Positions 8,313 through 16,596 of a DNA stretch of 23,389 nt are shown piece after piece. The DNA is from Candidatus Thorarchaeota archaeon (GTDB taxonomy: Archaea; Asgardarchaeota; Thorarchaeia; Thorarchaeales; Thorarchaeaceae), in assembly GCA_048884785.1 (NCBI GenBank), contig JBHLQM010000059.1, forward strand, positions 1 to 23,389, written 5' to 3'. The notes below the pieces were generated by a model. That model searched no databases and was not told where the DNA came from. It was given only the letters and a program-made list of their open reading frames with translations. A program made the translations under genes and the position numbers. How positions within the stretch are numbered: position 1 is the first letter of the stretch; each line of letters opens with the position of its first letter.

Positions 8313-9071
8313 ATGTTCTCGCTGGCGTCAAACTTGATACTAGGAGCGTATATCCTCAAAGGCACAGGGGAGCGATTGTACGCAGTTTCCTATGAGGGCG
8401 AAGAACGGACTACAGAAGAGTTCGTACCACCCCATGTCCAAGCGTGTGTCAGTCTATTTCACTCTAGAGAGAGCACCGTATTGGGTCAACCGTACACTCT
8501 AGAACAAAATGGAGTACTTTGGGTCTACACGTTTTTCGAATCATTTGCTGTTGCTTTACAGACAACTGAGGATGAAGATATAGCATCTCTCTCTCGAAGA
8601 ATGGCATCACTTGGTAGAGAGCTTGCGCACTCATTTGGCAAGGTTCTTCGTATTTGGAGCGGCGATATGGGTGAGATTGAAGGGATGGATGATCTGGTTG
8701 ACAAGTACATCACTCTTGATTTTGACATTTCAAGAGACAGTATGGCGCCTATCTTGGACTCTGTTGTGGACCACGCACTCCTGAATTATGATTTGGCATT
8801 TGCAGGAGTTATAGATGCTAAGGGCAACATGTTGAGCGGGAATATCCCCGAGAATCATCTCTCATACATTCAGGACAAGCTGCTCCGTGAGGCTATTAAA
8901 CCATCAATTGATGTTGTACCAACAGATCTTACTATTCTTGGATATGACATTCAGATGCTTCGGGTTCATTCACTTACCGTGATTGTTGCACCCCATCGAG
9001 ATGGAAGTCGCGTCGGTGCTAAGACTGCGATTAGTGAGATTGCACAGTCTTTGAGTGAATCCCTATCTTGA
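8313..9071 (+). CDS. Putative longin-like + roadblock/LAMTOR-like two-domain protein (start uncertain: 8313 ATG or 8334 TTG)
   Basis: The N-half has a beta-beta-alpha-beta3-alpha pattern (ILGAYILKGTGERLYAVSY...WVYTFFESFAVAL...FGKVLRIWSGDMGEIEGMDDLVD). The C-half has an alpha-beta-beta-alpha-beta3-alpha pattern (LAFAGVIDAKGNMLSGN...IQMLRVHSLTVIVA...AISEIAQSL). Fold assignment is by eye. Confidence 0.6.
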   Translation: MFSLASNLILGAYILKGTGERLYAVSYEGEERTTEEFVPPHVQACVSLFHSRESTVLGQPYTLEQNGVLWVYTFFESFAVALQTTEDEDIASLSRRMASLGRELAHSFGKVLRIWSGDMGEIEGMDDLVDKYITLDFDISRDSMAPILDSVVDHALLNYDLAFAGVIDAKGNMLSGNIPENHLSYIQDKLLREAIKPSIDVVPTDLTILGYDIQMLRVHSLTVIVAPHRDGSRVGAKTAISEIAQSLSESLS

Positions 9072-9122
9072 TAATCTGGAAGACCTATAAGCCGCGAGTA
9101 CATTCATAACACTTGGTTGGGT

Positions 9123-9788
9123 ATGGACGCGAAAGATTCCATTGCTGAAGCTGAAGAGATAATTGAGAGTGCTATATGGGAGTCTCGTATCTCCGAGGAT
9201 TGGGACTGGGAACTTGCCGAATATCGCAAAGCTACCAAAATACTTGTGGATTTAAAGGATCTTGAAGAAGACGTTGAGCGTGAACGTAAACGAGTTCTTT
9301 CATTTTGCCTGATGAGGATTGATGAAGCGCTTGTAAAACTTGGGAGAGAAGAGGATGCGGTACGGAGAGCCCAGGAATCATTACAATATGCAATAGAGTC
9401 AGGGAATGAAGTTCAGATTGCACGGTCAAAACTAGCTCTCGGTATTCGTTTTCTCAATGAAGAACAACTGTCTGATGCAGAATTATACCTTGGAGAAATA
9501 ATCACCGAGGGGATTGATAGCATAGAAGAGGATATGCTGCAAGTAGTTGGATGGGCTTTGCTAGTCCGTGCTAGCATCCTCAAAGGAAAGAGTCTCTACA
9601 ATCAGGCTCTATTGGTTGCCCATGATGCAGCAGGAATTCTTTCAGGAATAGGCAACTATGCAGGTCTGGCGCAAGTCTATTCTCTTATTGCAAAGCTTCA
9701 GATGGATGTTGGCAATCCAGAAGAGGCGAAAACTGCAGAAGAGATGAGTGAGAGCTATTCACAGAAAGCCAATGAATTTCGCAAATAG
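9123..9788 (+). CDS. TPR-like all-alpha-helical repeat protein (start 9117 TTG or 9123 ATG)
   Basis: Acidic helical-hairpin repeats: ALVKLGREEDAVRRAQESL, GNEVQIARSKLALG, GNYAGLAQVYSLIAKLQMDVGNPEEA. CTATAA box about 33 nt upstream. Confidence 0.65.
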   Translation: MDAKDSIAEAEEIIESAIWESRISEDWDWELAEYRKATKILVDLKDLEEDVERERKRVLSFCLMRIDEALVKLGREEDAVRRAQESLQYAIESGNEVQIARSKLALGIRFLNEEQLSDAELYLGEIITEGIDSIEEDMLQVVGWALLVRASILKGKSLYNQALLVAHDAAGILSGIGNYAGLAQVYSLIAKLQMDVGNPEEAKTAEEMSESYSQKANEFRK

Positions 9789-9861
9789 CATTCGAAGCAA
9801 TTCGAAAGACAAAAGTAATCCCTTCCAGGTTCGTTCTCACATAATTCACGAGGTTTGCTAA

Positions 9862-10488
9862 ATGCTGATTGTCGGTATATGCGGGTCGCCAAAGAAGGAA
9901 CGATCCAATACACATCTGTTGCTTCAACACGCCTTGGAAGCTGCATCACAATATCACTCGGAGACCATGGACGAGTGTTCTACTCTTCTCTTGGACATAA
10001 GTGATTTTGATATTCGCCATTGTACAGGCTGTGACACTTGTGTACGCAAGAAACCCTGTCCTGAGAGTGAGCACGATGACATGCCAAAGATAGAAGAAAA
10101 GCTCTCACAGGCCAATGGCATTATCATCGCCGCACCATCATACTTCACTTCTGTTCCGGGTGTCCTGAAAGACTTCATAGATAGGTCCAGATACATGAAA
10201 ATGCAGGACCATCAGCTAAAGGACAAGCTCTTTGGAGCGATAACGTATGCTGGATTGAGATATGGTGGACAAGAACATGTAATTGATATCCTGAATCGTT
10301 ATGCTATCGCGCAGGGCATGATAGTCATTGGTGGAATTGGTAATCCAGTAAAAGATGGAACATTTGGTTCAGGGGCACTTCAGACTGATGATGGTAGCTG
10401 GCGCTCTGCGAAGGATGATGAACTCGCAATACGTGGGAGTCAGAAACTAGGTGCGAGAATGGCCGAACTCTTGCAGAGATTCCAATAG
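9862..10488 (+). CDS. Iron-sulfur flavoprotein (Isf) / NADPH-dependent FMN reductase family flavodoxin-like protein
   Basis: GICGSPKKERSNT FMN phosphate loop, compact Cx2Cx2Cx5C motif (CTGCDTCVRKKPC), APSYFTSVPGVLKDFIDR, GGQE. Confidence 0.9.
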   Translation: MLIVGICGSPKKERSNTHLLLQHALEAASQYHSETMDECSTLLLDISDFDIRHCTGCDTCVRKKPCPESEHDDMPKIEEKLSQANGIIIAAPSYFTSVPGVLKDFIDRSRYMKMQDHQLKDKLFGAITYAGLRYGGQEHVIDILNRYAIAQGMIVIGGIGNPVKDGTFGSGALQTDDGSWRSAKDDELAIRGSQKLGARMAELLQRFQ

Positions 10489-11067
10489 ATGGGGTTTGAG
10501 GTAATGAGGAAACCAAGGACTGCTGGACGTGTGCAGGTGTATACCGGTTCAGGAAAAGGCAAGACAACTGCTGCCCTAGGAGCTGGACTTCGCGCAGCTG
10601 GACACGGACTCGAGGTCCTGGTTATCTCATTCATGAAGGCGAAGGTGGCATGGAGGACAGATAGTGATGATGTGAATTACGGGGAATTTCGAAGCATTGA
10701 ATTCATCCCGAATTTTACCATCATACCAATGGGCAGGGAATCTTGGGTTGATAAGGAGAATCCAGACCCGATTGATATTCAAATGGCTCAAGATGCCCTT
10801 GCATTCGCTAAACAAGCAATGTCACAGCATAAGTGCGATGTTCTAATCCTTGATGAGATTAACGTGGCCGTTGAATGGAACCTTATCTCCCTTAACCAGC
10901 AATTGGAGCTGGTTGATATGAAGCCCAAGGACATTGAGCTAATCATGACGGGGCGATATGCTCGTCCTGAGCTAATAGAAAAAGCTGACCTCGTTACTGA
11001 AATGCGAGAAGTTAAGCACTACTTTAAATCTGAAAAAGCCAAGGCTCGGAAAGGTTTCGAGTTCTGA
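10489..11067 (+). CDS. cobO: Cob(I)alamin/corrinoid adenosyltransferase, CobA/CobO/BtuR family
   Basis: VQVYTGSGKGKTTAALG P-loop, LILDEINVA, ELIMTGR, ADLVTEMREVKHYF, ARKGFEF. Alternative start at ATG 10504. Confidence 0.95.
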   Translation: MGFEVMRKPRTAGRVQVYTGSGKGKTTAALGAGLRAAGHGLEVLVISFMKAKVAWRTDSDDVNYGEFRSIEFIPNFTIIPMGRESWVDKENPDPIDIQMAQDALAFAKQAMSQHKCDVLILDEINVAVEWNLISLNQQLELVDMKPKDIELIMTGRYARPELIEKADLVTEMREVKHYFKSEKAKARKGFEF

Positions 11068-11083
11068 GGGTTCAAATCGAACA

Positions 11084-11090
11084 TTTAATA
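11084..11090 (+). promoter_or_regulatory. Putative BRE/TATA (CGAAC-A-TTTAATA) for the mutase gene
   Basis: TATA-like heptamer preceded by a purine-rich BRE-like sequence, about 50 nt before ATG 11140. GAGGTG SD at 11125-11130. Confidence 0.45.
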
Positions 11091-11139
11091 TCCTATCGTC
11101 CATGGCTCAGAATGTGTTCTAACAGAGGTGTTGCATGCA

Positions 11140-12858
11140 ATGGGTGCTAATAAGGCCGAGAAGTTAGACGAATCACGAGAATCGGATGAAAATCCGAATG
11201 ATATTGAAAAGGCCAAGATCCATTGGTCTGATGAGGTGCTGGCTCCTCACCAGAAGAGGAATCCAGAACGACAAGCTGAATTCTTCACCGTTTCCAGCAA
11301 ACCAATCGCACGATTATACACACCTCTTGATATTTCGGATTTCGATTATTTGAGGGACCTTGGATTTCCAAGTCAATATCCTTTCACACGCGGCGTTCAG
11401 CCAACCATGTATCGTGGGCGTCTATGGACTATGCGTCAGTTTGCAGGAATGGGTACCGCCGAAGAGTCAAATCAAAGGTACAAATTCCTTTTGGCTAATG
11501 GACAGACTGGCGTGAGTGTTGCCTTTCACCTTCCCACACTTTTTGGAAGGGACTCCGACCATCCATACTCTCTGGGGGAAGTGGGGAAGCTTGGTGTTGC
11601 CGTTGATACACTCAAGGACATGGAGATACTCTTTGATGGCATTCCTCTGAATCAAGTCACAACGTCAATGACAATTAATGCTCCTGCATCCGTGCTGCTC
11701 TCAATGTATATGGTTGCAGCTCAAAAACAGGGTGTCTCTTCTGATAAGATTGGAGGTACAATTCAGAATGATATACTCAAGGAGTACATGGCTCAGAAGA
11801 GTTGGATATATCCTCCAGAGCCTTCAATGCGAATCATCACCGATATCATGGCATACGCAACTGAGCACATTCCTCGCTGGAACACCATTTCTATCTCGGG
11901 CTACCATATCCGAGAAGCGGGCTCTACAGCTGCTCAAGAACTTGCATTTACACTCGCAAATGGTATGGCATATGTTCAAGCCGGAATCGATGCTGGACAA
12001 GATGTAGATGCTTTTGCTCCTCGACTGTCATTCTTCTTTAACTCGCATAACGACATCTTCGAGGAGGTAGCAAAATTCAGAGCTGCTCGGAGAATCTGGG
12101 CTCGGGAAATGAAAGAGACCTTCAAGGCTAAAGATGAGCGTTCTCTTTGGATGCGATTTCACACACAGACAGCTGGTTGTTCTCTCACAGCACAACAGCC
12201 AATGGTCAACGTGGTCAGAACTGCATATCAGGCTCTAGCTGCAGTTCTTGGTGGAACTCAATCGCTTCATACCAACTCGATGGATGAGGCACTCTGCCTT
12301 CCGACCGAGGATGCAGTTAGGATTGCCCTTCGAACTCAGCAGATATTGGCATCCGAGAGTGGGGTGGTAAACACAATTGACCCCCTTGCAGGTTCCTATT
12401 ATGTAGAGGCTCTCACAAACGAGCTTGAAGAAGAGGCCTACAAATACTTTGACAAGATTGAAGCGCTTGGTGGCATCATACCTGCTATAGAGAAAGGCTT
12501 CCCCCAGAGGGAGATAGCTGAGGCATCATATCGCTACCAACGAGAGATTGAAACCAAGAAGCGAACAATCGTGGGTGTAAATGATTACATCCTGGAAGGT
12601 GAAGATGTAACTATTCCAGTTCTCAAGATAGATCCAGAGGTTGAACGGCGACAAGTAGAGCGAACTCAGAAGATTAGGCGAGAACGTGACAACAAGGAGG
12701 TTCAGGAGGCACTTGATGGACTCAGGAGAGCTTCTGATGGCACGGAGAATGTAATGCCTCATATAGTGAATGCCGTGAAAGCATACGCCACCGTCGGTGA
12801 GATATGTGATGTTTGGCGTGATGTCTATGGGGAATGGGACGAGCCAAAGATTTTCTAA
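11140..12858 (+). CDS. Coenzyme B12-dependent acyl-CoA mutase, large (substrate-binding) subunit; methylmalonyl-CoA mutase family, isobutyryl-CoA-mutase-like
   Basis: [70 protein letters not shown]. There is no C-terminal DxHxxG B12 domain, so this is a split enzyme. ATG 11140 follows a GAGGTG SD; the ORF track starts at GTG 11128. Confidence 0.93.
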   Translation: MGANKAEKLDESRESDENPNDIEKAKIHWSDEVLAPHQKRNPERQAEFFTVSSKPIARLYTPLDISDFDYLRDLGFPSQYPFTRGVQPTMYRGRLWTMRQFAGMGTAEESNQRYKFLLANGQTGVSVAFHLPTLFGRDSDHPYSLGEVGKLGVAVDTLKDMEILFDGIPLNQVTTSMTINAPASVLLSMYMVAAQKQGVSSDKIGGTIQNDILKEYMAQKSWIYPPEPSMRIITDIMAYATEHIPRWNTISISGYHIREAGSTAAQELAFTLANGMAYVQAGIDAGQDVDAFAPRLSFFFNSHNDIFEEVAKFRAARRIWAREMKETFKAKDERSLWMRFHTQTAGCSLTAQQPMVNVVRTAYQALAAVLGGTQSLHTNSMDEALCLPTEDAVRIALRTQQILASESGVVNTIDPLAGSYYVEALTNELEEEAYKYFDKIEALGGIIPAIEKGFPQREIAEASYRYQREIETKKRTIVGVNDYILEGEDVTIPVLKIDPEVERRQVERTQKIRRERDNKEVQEALDGLRRASDGTENVMPHIVNAVKAYATVGEICDVWRDVYGEWDEPKIF

Positions 12859-12894
12859 TCGGTTTATGGCCCGCTAGATTCTTTAAGTATCAAT

Positions 12895-13839
12895 TTACTG
12901 GGTTTCTTCTTCCTTCAGACTCCACCCATATTTCGGACCTTCATCAACAATCTTGGTCTCTGTTATGATAGTCTGGAGTGTTATCTCTCGTGCACCAAGA
13001 GCCTTTGCCACTCTGCGAATAGCCCCCTTGCTAAGGTTGATGAAGATCTCATTAAACACTATCACTGGGATGATGAATGTCATGGCAAGAAACGGGAATC
13101 CAAAACTAAACAGGAATGAGAAGAAATACATTGTGAGTTGGGTTTCGCCGCGCGCGATGAGAGGTAGAAAGTGTTGGATGAATGAAACAATCGGGATTGT
13201 AAGTAGTGTGAAACCAGCAAGAAGATTACTCCACCAACGCCCAACTCCTATGGTATCAGGGCATCGCCTTATGTTCAACTGACTCTCTTTTAGGTGCATC
13301 ACAATTCCGGCATCGTTGAGAATCCATGTTGGAATGAATATGACCAGAACAACTGGCAATGTAATAAGAATTCCCATTATAGGAGCTATTGCCTGCCAAA
13401 GCACCAATGCTGGTTGTGGAATCGGGTCTAGGGCTCTGAACAGCAGACCTGTGATTGTTTCTGCAAGAATACCGGAGAGAGAAATAGAGAATAAGGCTGG
13501 GACTGCAGCTCGTCTTACCATACGCATACCACCAAACTCTCTCCCTGTCTGGATAATGTCAAGATCGTAGGCGGTAGTTCGAATTATCTTTGTGCCTAAA
13601 AGAAGGATTGCTGCTGATAGGACACCCAAAAAGATGTAGACTATGATTCCTGCTAGAGGGATTAATCCAAGTAGAATCGTCATTTCTTGTATGATAGTTC
13701 CAGGTATCAAGTCCGTCATATCGTATAACACTATGACTTCAAATCGCTCTGTCATCTCTCGTATAACAAGAAATGCAAATATCCATCCTGCGGCTGCAAA
13801 GAAAATTGGCAGAAGGAATCGAAGGAACCTATTACCCAT
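12895..13839 (-). CDS. Polytopic membrane protein of unknown function
   Basis: 314 aa with about 6 hydrophobic segments. No family motif that I can assign. Confidence 0.75.
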   Translation of the reverse strand: MGNRFLRFLLPIFFAAAGWIFAFLVIREMTERFEVIVLYDMTDLIPGTIIQEMTILLGLIPLAGIIVYIFLGVLSAAILLLGTKIIRTTAYDLDIIQTGREFGGMRMVRRAAVPALFSISLSGILAETITGLLFRALDPIPQPALVLWQAIAPIMGILITLPVVLVIFIPTWILNDAGIVMHLKESQLNIRRCPDTIGVGRWWSNLLAGFTLLTIPIVSFIQHFLPLIARGETQLTMYFFSFLFSFGFPFLAMTFIIPVIVFNEIFINLSKGAIRRVAKALGAREITLQTIITETKIVDEGPKYGWSLKEEETQ

Positions 13840-13865
13840 ATGCTTCCGTCCTCATAAATTGTGAA

Positions 13866-13886
13866 GTGTATTCAAGATGAATACAC
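13866..13886. promoter_or_regulatory. Perfect inverted repeat GTGTATTCA-aga-TGAATACAC (operator or hairpin)
   Basis: 9-bp perfect arms with a 3-nt spacer, in the 59-nt gap between two co-oriented genes. Confidence 0.5.
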
Positions 13887-13898
13887 AGTGAGTGATAA

Positions 13899-14033
13899 TC
13901 ATTTCTTTTCTGTATCATCCGACGGATTCTCATCATCGCTGGTCTTCTCTTTCCAGCAATCGATGCATAAGCGGCGTTTAGTGCTCTTTCTCTTTCCATA
14001 GGTCACAACTGTGCCGCATTGTTCACACGCCAT
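13899..14033 (-). CDS. 44-aa C4 zinc-finger microprotein (below the ORF-track cutoff)
   Basis: MACEQCGTVVTYGKRKSTKRRLCIDCWKEKTSDDENPSDDTEKK*. It has a CxxC-x16-CxxC motif, fills an otherwise empty gap, lies on the same strand as both neighbours, and an in-frame TAG three codons upstream fixes the start. Confidence 0.72.
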   Translation of the reverse strand: MACEQCGTVVTYGKRKSTKRRLCIDCWKEKTSDDENPSDDTEKK

Positions 14034-14087
14034 TGCAGCCTAGCAGTTAGTTTTTGGCTTGATTAACTATATGGAATGGACCTGATT

Positions 14088-15062
14088 TCAGGAATAGAAT
14101 CGCTTGAATATTCTACAGATAGCGAGACTCAGCCATAGCTTCTGACTTGGGTGGTTTTCACCTCTAACCATTCTGAGTTCCCATTCGCCTGTCTTTTTTT
14201 GTCGCTCAACAAACCAATTCAGGCCCTCCTTGATCTGGGGATGGTCGTTCTTGAAACCAAGCAACGACAATGAATCTAAGGCCGAAACTAGATCGGTAAA
14301 CCATGCTGGAAATGAGAATCGCTCCCAATATTCAGGCGTTCTACGGTCAGCATATTTGTCCGATTTGAAAAACCGAGAGGCAAGCAACTCTCCCGCGGCG
14401 TATGCCTCCTTATCATGTCTATGCTTGGGGTGCGCAGCAAACGCACGCAAGACAGTCCCTGTCATGAGATGCGAGAATGGTTTCTCTCTCACCGGCTGTA
14501 ATGGTTCAGGCTGATCCCAGACCTCTTGGAACTTTGCTGCATGAGTTCTCACCGGAGCTGCCCACCCACCATCATCCTGCCTTGTTGCTAGGAGCCATTT
14601 GAACCCATGTTCAATACGAGAATCCTTCTCATAGCCAGCCTTAATGAGGAGTTCCATGATTGCTGGAGAATATGTATGGGCGTACTGATTGCCATATATC
14701 CCTCTAAAATCTCCCTCTTCGGTCTGTTTTGAAAAGAGGTACTCTGCTGCCCTTTTTACTGCGTCATGTTCTTTTGTCATACCGTGCTTTTCGATTAGAT
14801 AGCTGAATTGACGAAAGGTCTCTATTTGGTCATAATCCTCCGGAGTTCTATATTGGTGAGTCTTACCCGGATACTTCCAATAGCCATCCGGACTCTGTTT
14901 TCGAAGTATCCTTTTGGCGTCAGCTGATTCCCAGTGTTCTTTCACATCGCAACAGTCTTCATTGATGAGTTCAGTTTTCGCGAAATGAACAATCATGGGC
15001 TCCCCGGAGTTGATGAGAACATTCACGGGATTGTATTTCAGATTCTCAAACCACTCGTGCAC
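14088..15062 (-). CDS. Prenyltransferase/squalene-cyclase-repeat (QW motif) alpha/alpha-barrel protein of unknown function
   Basis: Four QW-like repeats: LRKQSPDGYW, LFSKQTEEGDF, LLATRQDDGGW, FVERQKKTGEW. GTG start with a GGTGA SD. No DxDD motif. Confidence 0.8.
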   Translation of the reverse strand: MHEWFENLKYNPVNVLINSGEPMIVHFAKTELINEDCCDVKEHWESADAKRILRKQSPDGYWKYPGKTHQYRTPEDYDQIETFRQFSYLIEKHGMTKEHDAVKRAAEYLFSKQTEEGDFRGIYGNQYAHTYSPAIMELLIKAGYEKDSRIEHGFKWLLATRQDDGGWAAPVRTHAAKFQEVWDQPEPLQPVREKPFSHLMTGTVLRAFAAHPKHRHDKEAYAAGELLASRFFKSDKYADRRTPEYWERFSFPAWFTDLVSALDSLSLLGFKNDHPQIKEGLNWFVERQKKTGEWELRMVRGENHPSQKLWLSLAICRIFKRFYS

Positions 15063-15180
15063 CTATTCTTCACCGATACTAATGATGGACAAACGACATG
15101 TTGAATCTTCGCAATAATCATGAATAGCACCCAATCTCAATTACAGAGGATATTGATCCTATGAGATCTTTAAACCAGAT

Positions 15181-15462
15181 CTATGAATCTCGGTGGCGCA
15201 TGCTCCAAGATTTAATCCCTCTGAATTCACCTGAAGTGATGAGTCCTCTCTCTTCCATATTCTCTAAATGCCAACGGAATTCATTCATGCTCAAGACAAT
15301 ATCCTTGGATAGAAGGTGGAATTTCTGATAGAGCGTGGATTCGAATTCTGTTCTAGCCTTGCCAAAAGCCCAGAGTATCTTTTGCTCAATCTCTGGTGAC
15401 ACGGTGCTTTTTGGCACCTTATGAACATTCGAGAGATGTATTGTGCGTGCGTCTGGTGGCAT
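15181..15462 (-). CDS. Small hypothetical protein, probable winged-helix fold
   Basis: 93 aa from ATG 15462, with a GGTGA SD and a TTATATAT box near 15495-15503. EQKILWAF...EFRWHLENMEERGLITS...KSWSM fits a wHTH recognition helix plus wing. Confidence 0.6.
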   Translation of the reverse strand: MPPDARTIHLSNVHKVPKSTVSPEIEQKILWAFGKARTEFESTLYQKFHLLSKDIVLSMNEFRWHLENMEERGLITSGEFRGIKSWSMRHRDS

Positions 15463-15690
15463 TATGTGAATCACCAGATTCACCTTCTCTAGAGTATATA
15501 TAATGACCATTACTCATAATTGTAAAGAATTCCTAGTATGAAAGGCTATGGTAACTCAAATTGCAAATTAAGAATTTATAATCATTTATAACGATTAAAA
15601 TAACCATATGGTGTCCGAAAATACTTTACTATTCTTGTGAGCTAAGATTTACTAGTAGGATTTGAATATGTTGATTCTTGGTGAATTCGA

Positions 15691-16524
15691 GTGGATTTGA
15701 ATATAGTAGAGATGCGGGAGAACTTCAAGGAAACCCATAGTACATTTACAACATCTGATGGCATTACTCTCTTCCTAAGGGAGTGGACGCCAACAGAAGA
15801 CCAATCTAAAGAAACCGCGGTCTTGATACTACATGGAATAACCGCTCACAGCGGCCCATATGGCTTCCTAGGACTCCAATTAGCTTCTATGGGATTTCAT
15901 ACATTCGGTCTTGACCTGCGCGGTCATGGACTATCCGACGGAAACCGTGGAGACTATCCAAGTCGTGAGAGGTTGGTTCTTGACCTTTGTGAAGCACTAG
16001 CGTACATAAAGAAGACACACCCAAAGGTTGTGATATTAGGGCACAGTCTTGGTGTCCTTCAGTCTATGCTGATAATGAAAAATTGCTTAGGTCAGATTCA
16101 TGGTGCCGTTCTTCTGTCAGGCGCACGTGCAATGAAACCGAGTACATCACTAAGTTTTTCCTTCTCTCAAAAACTGAAGATTGTTTTAAGCTCAATTCTA
16201 GCCCCCGGCAAACCCGCTGTCAGCTACTACCGAGAAGGGATGACCGGATTAGATGATCCCCTCTTTAATTTTAGATACACGCTTCGGTTTATTCGATTGG
16301 TGGATTCGAAGTCCTTGCAATTCCCTGGGGATCTTGGGATTCCAATCTTTGTAGGAGTTGGGGATCAGGATGAGCTGTTTTCAATAGAGTCTGTAAGAGA
16401 GCTTTATGATGAGATCCCCGCAAAAGAAAAGGAATTCTATGTACAACCTGGTGCAAAGCATGCAGTCTTTCCTGAAGGGAGCTTCAAACCTTTGATGAGT
16501 TGGCTAGATAACCGCTTTCCTTGA
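15691..16524 (+). CDS. Alpha/beta hydrolase, lysophospholipase/monoacylglycerol lipase family
   Basis: DGITLFLREW, LILHGITAH, DLRGHGLSDG, nucleophile elbow GHSLG, GDQDEL and GAKH, giving a Ser-Asp-His triad. Confidence 0.92.
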   Translation: MDLNIVEMRENFKETHSTFTTSDGITLFLREWTPTEDQSKETAVLILHGITAHSGPYGFLGLQLASMGFHTFGLDLRGHGLSDGNRGDYPSRERLVLDLCEALAYIKKTHPKVVILGHSLGVLQSMLIMKNCLGQIHGAVLLSGARAMKPSTSLSFSFSQKLKIVLSSILAPGKPAVSYYREGMTGLDDPLFNFRYTLRFIRLVDSKSLQFPGDLGIPIFVGVGDQDELFSIESVRELYDEIPAKEKEFYVQPGAKHAVFPEGSFKPLMSWLDNRFP

Positions 16525-16596
16525 TGTTTATGGCATTCAGGCAAGCAGTTACCAAGCCTTCAGAAATCATTCCAAATTGTCCTCCATGTTTAGCTT

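Noticed and set aside
9791-9806. TTCGAA-gcaa-TTCGAA repeat/hairpin after the TPR gene
   Set aside because: Too short to distinguish from chance.
14088-15062. Squalene-hopene or oxidosqualene cyclase
   Set aside because: It is about half the expected length and lacks the DxDD/DCTAE catalytic motif.
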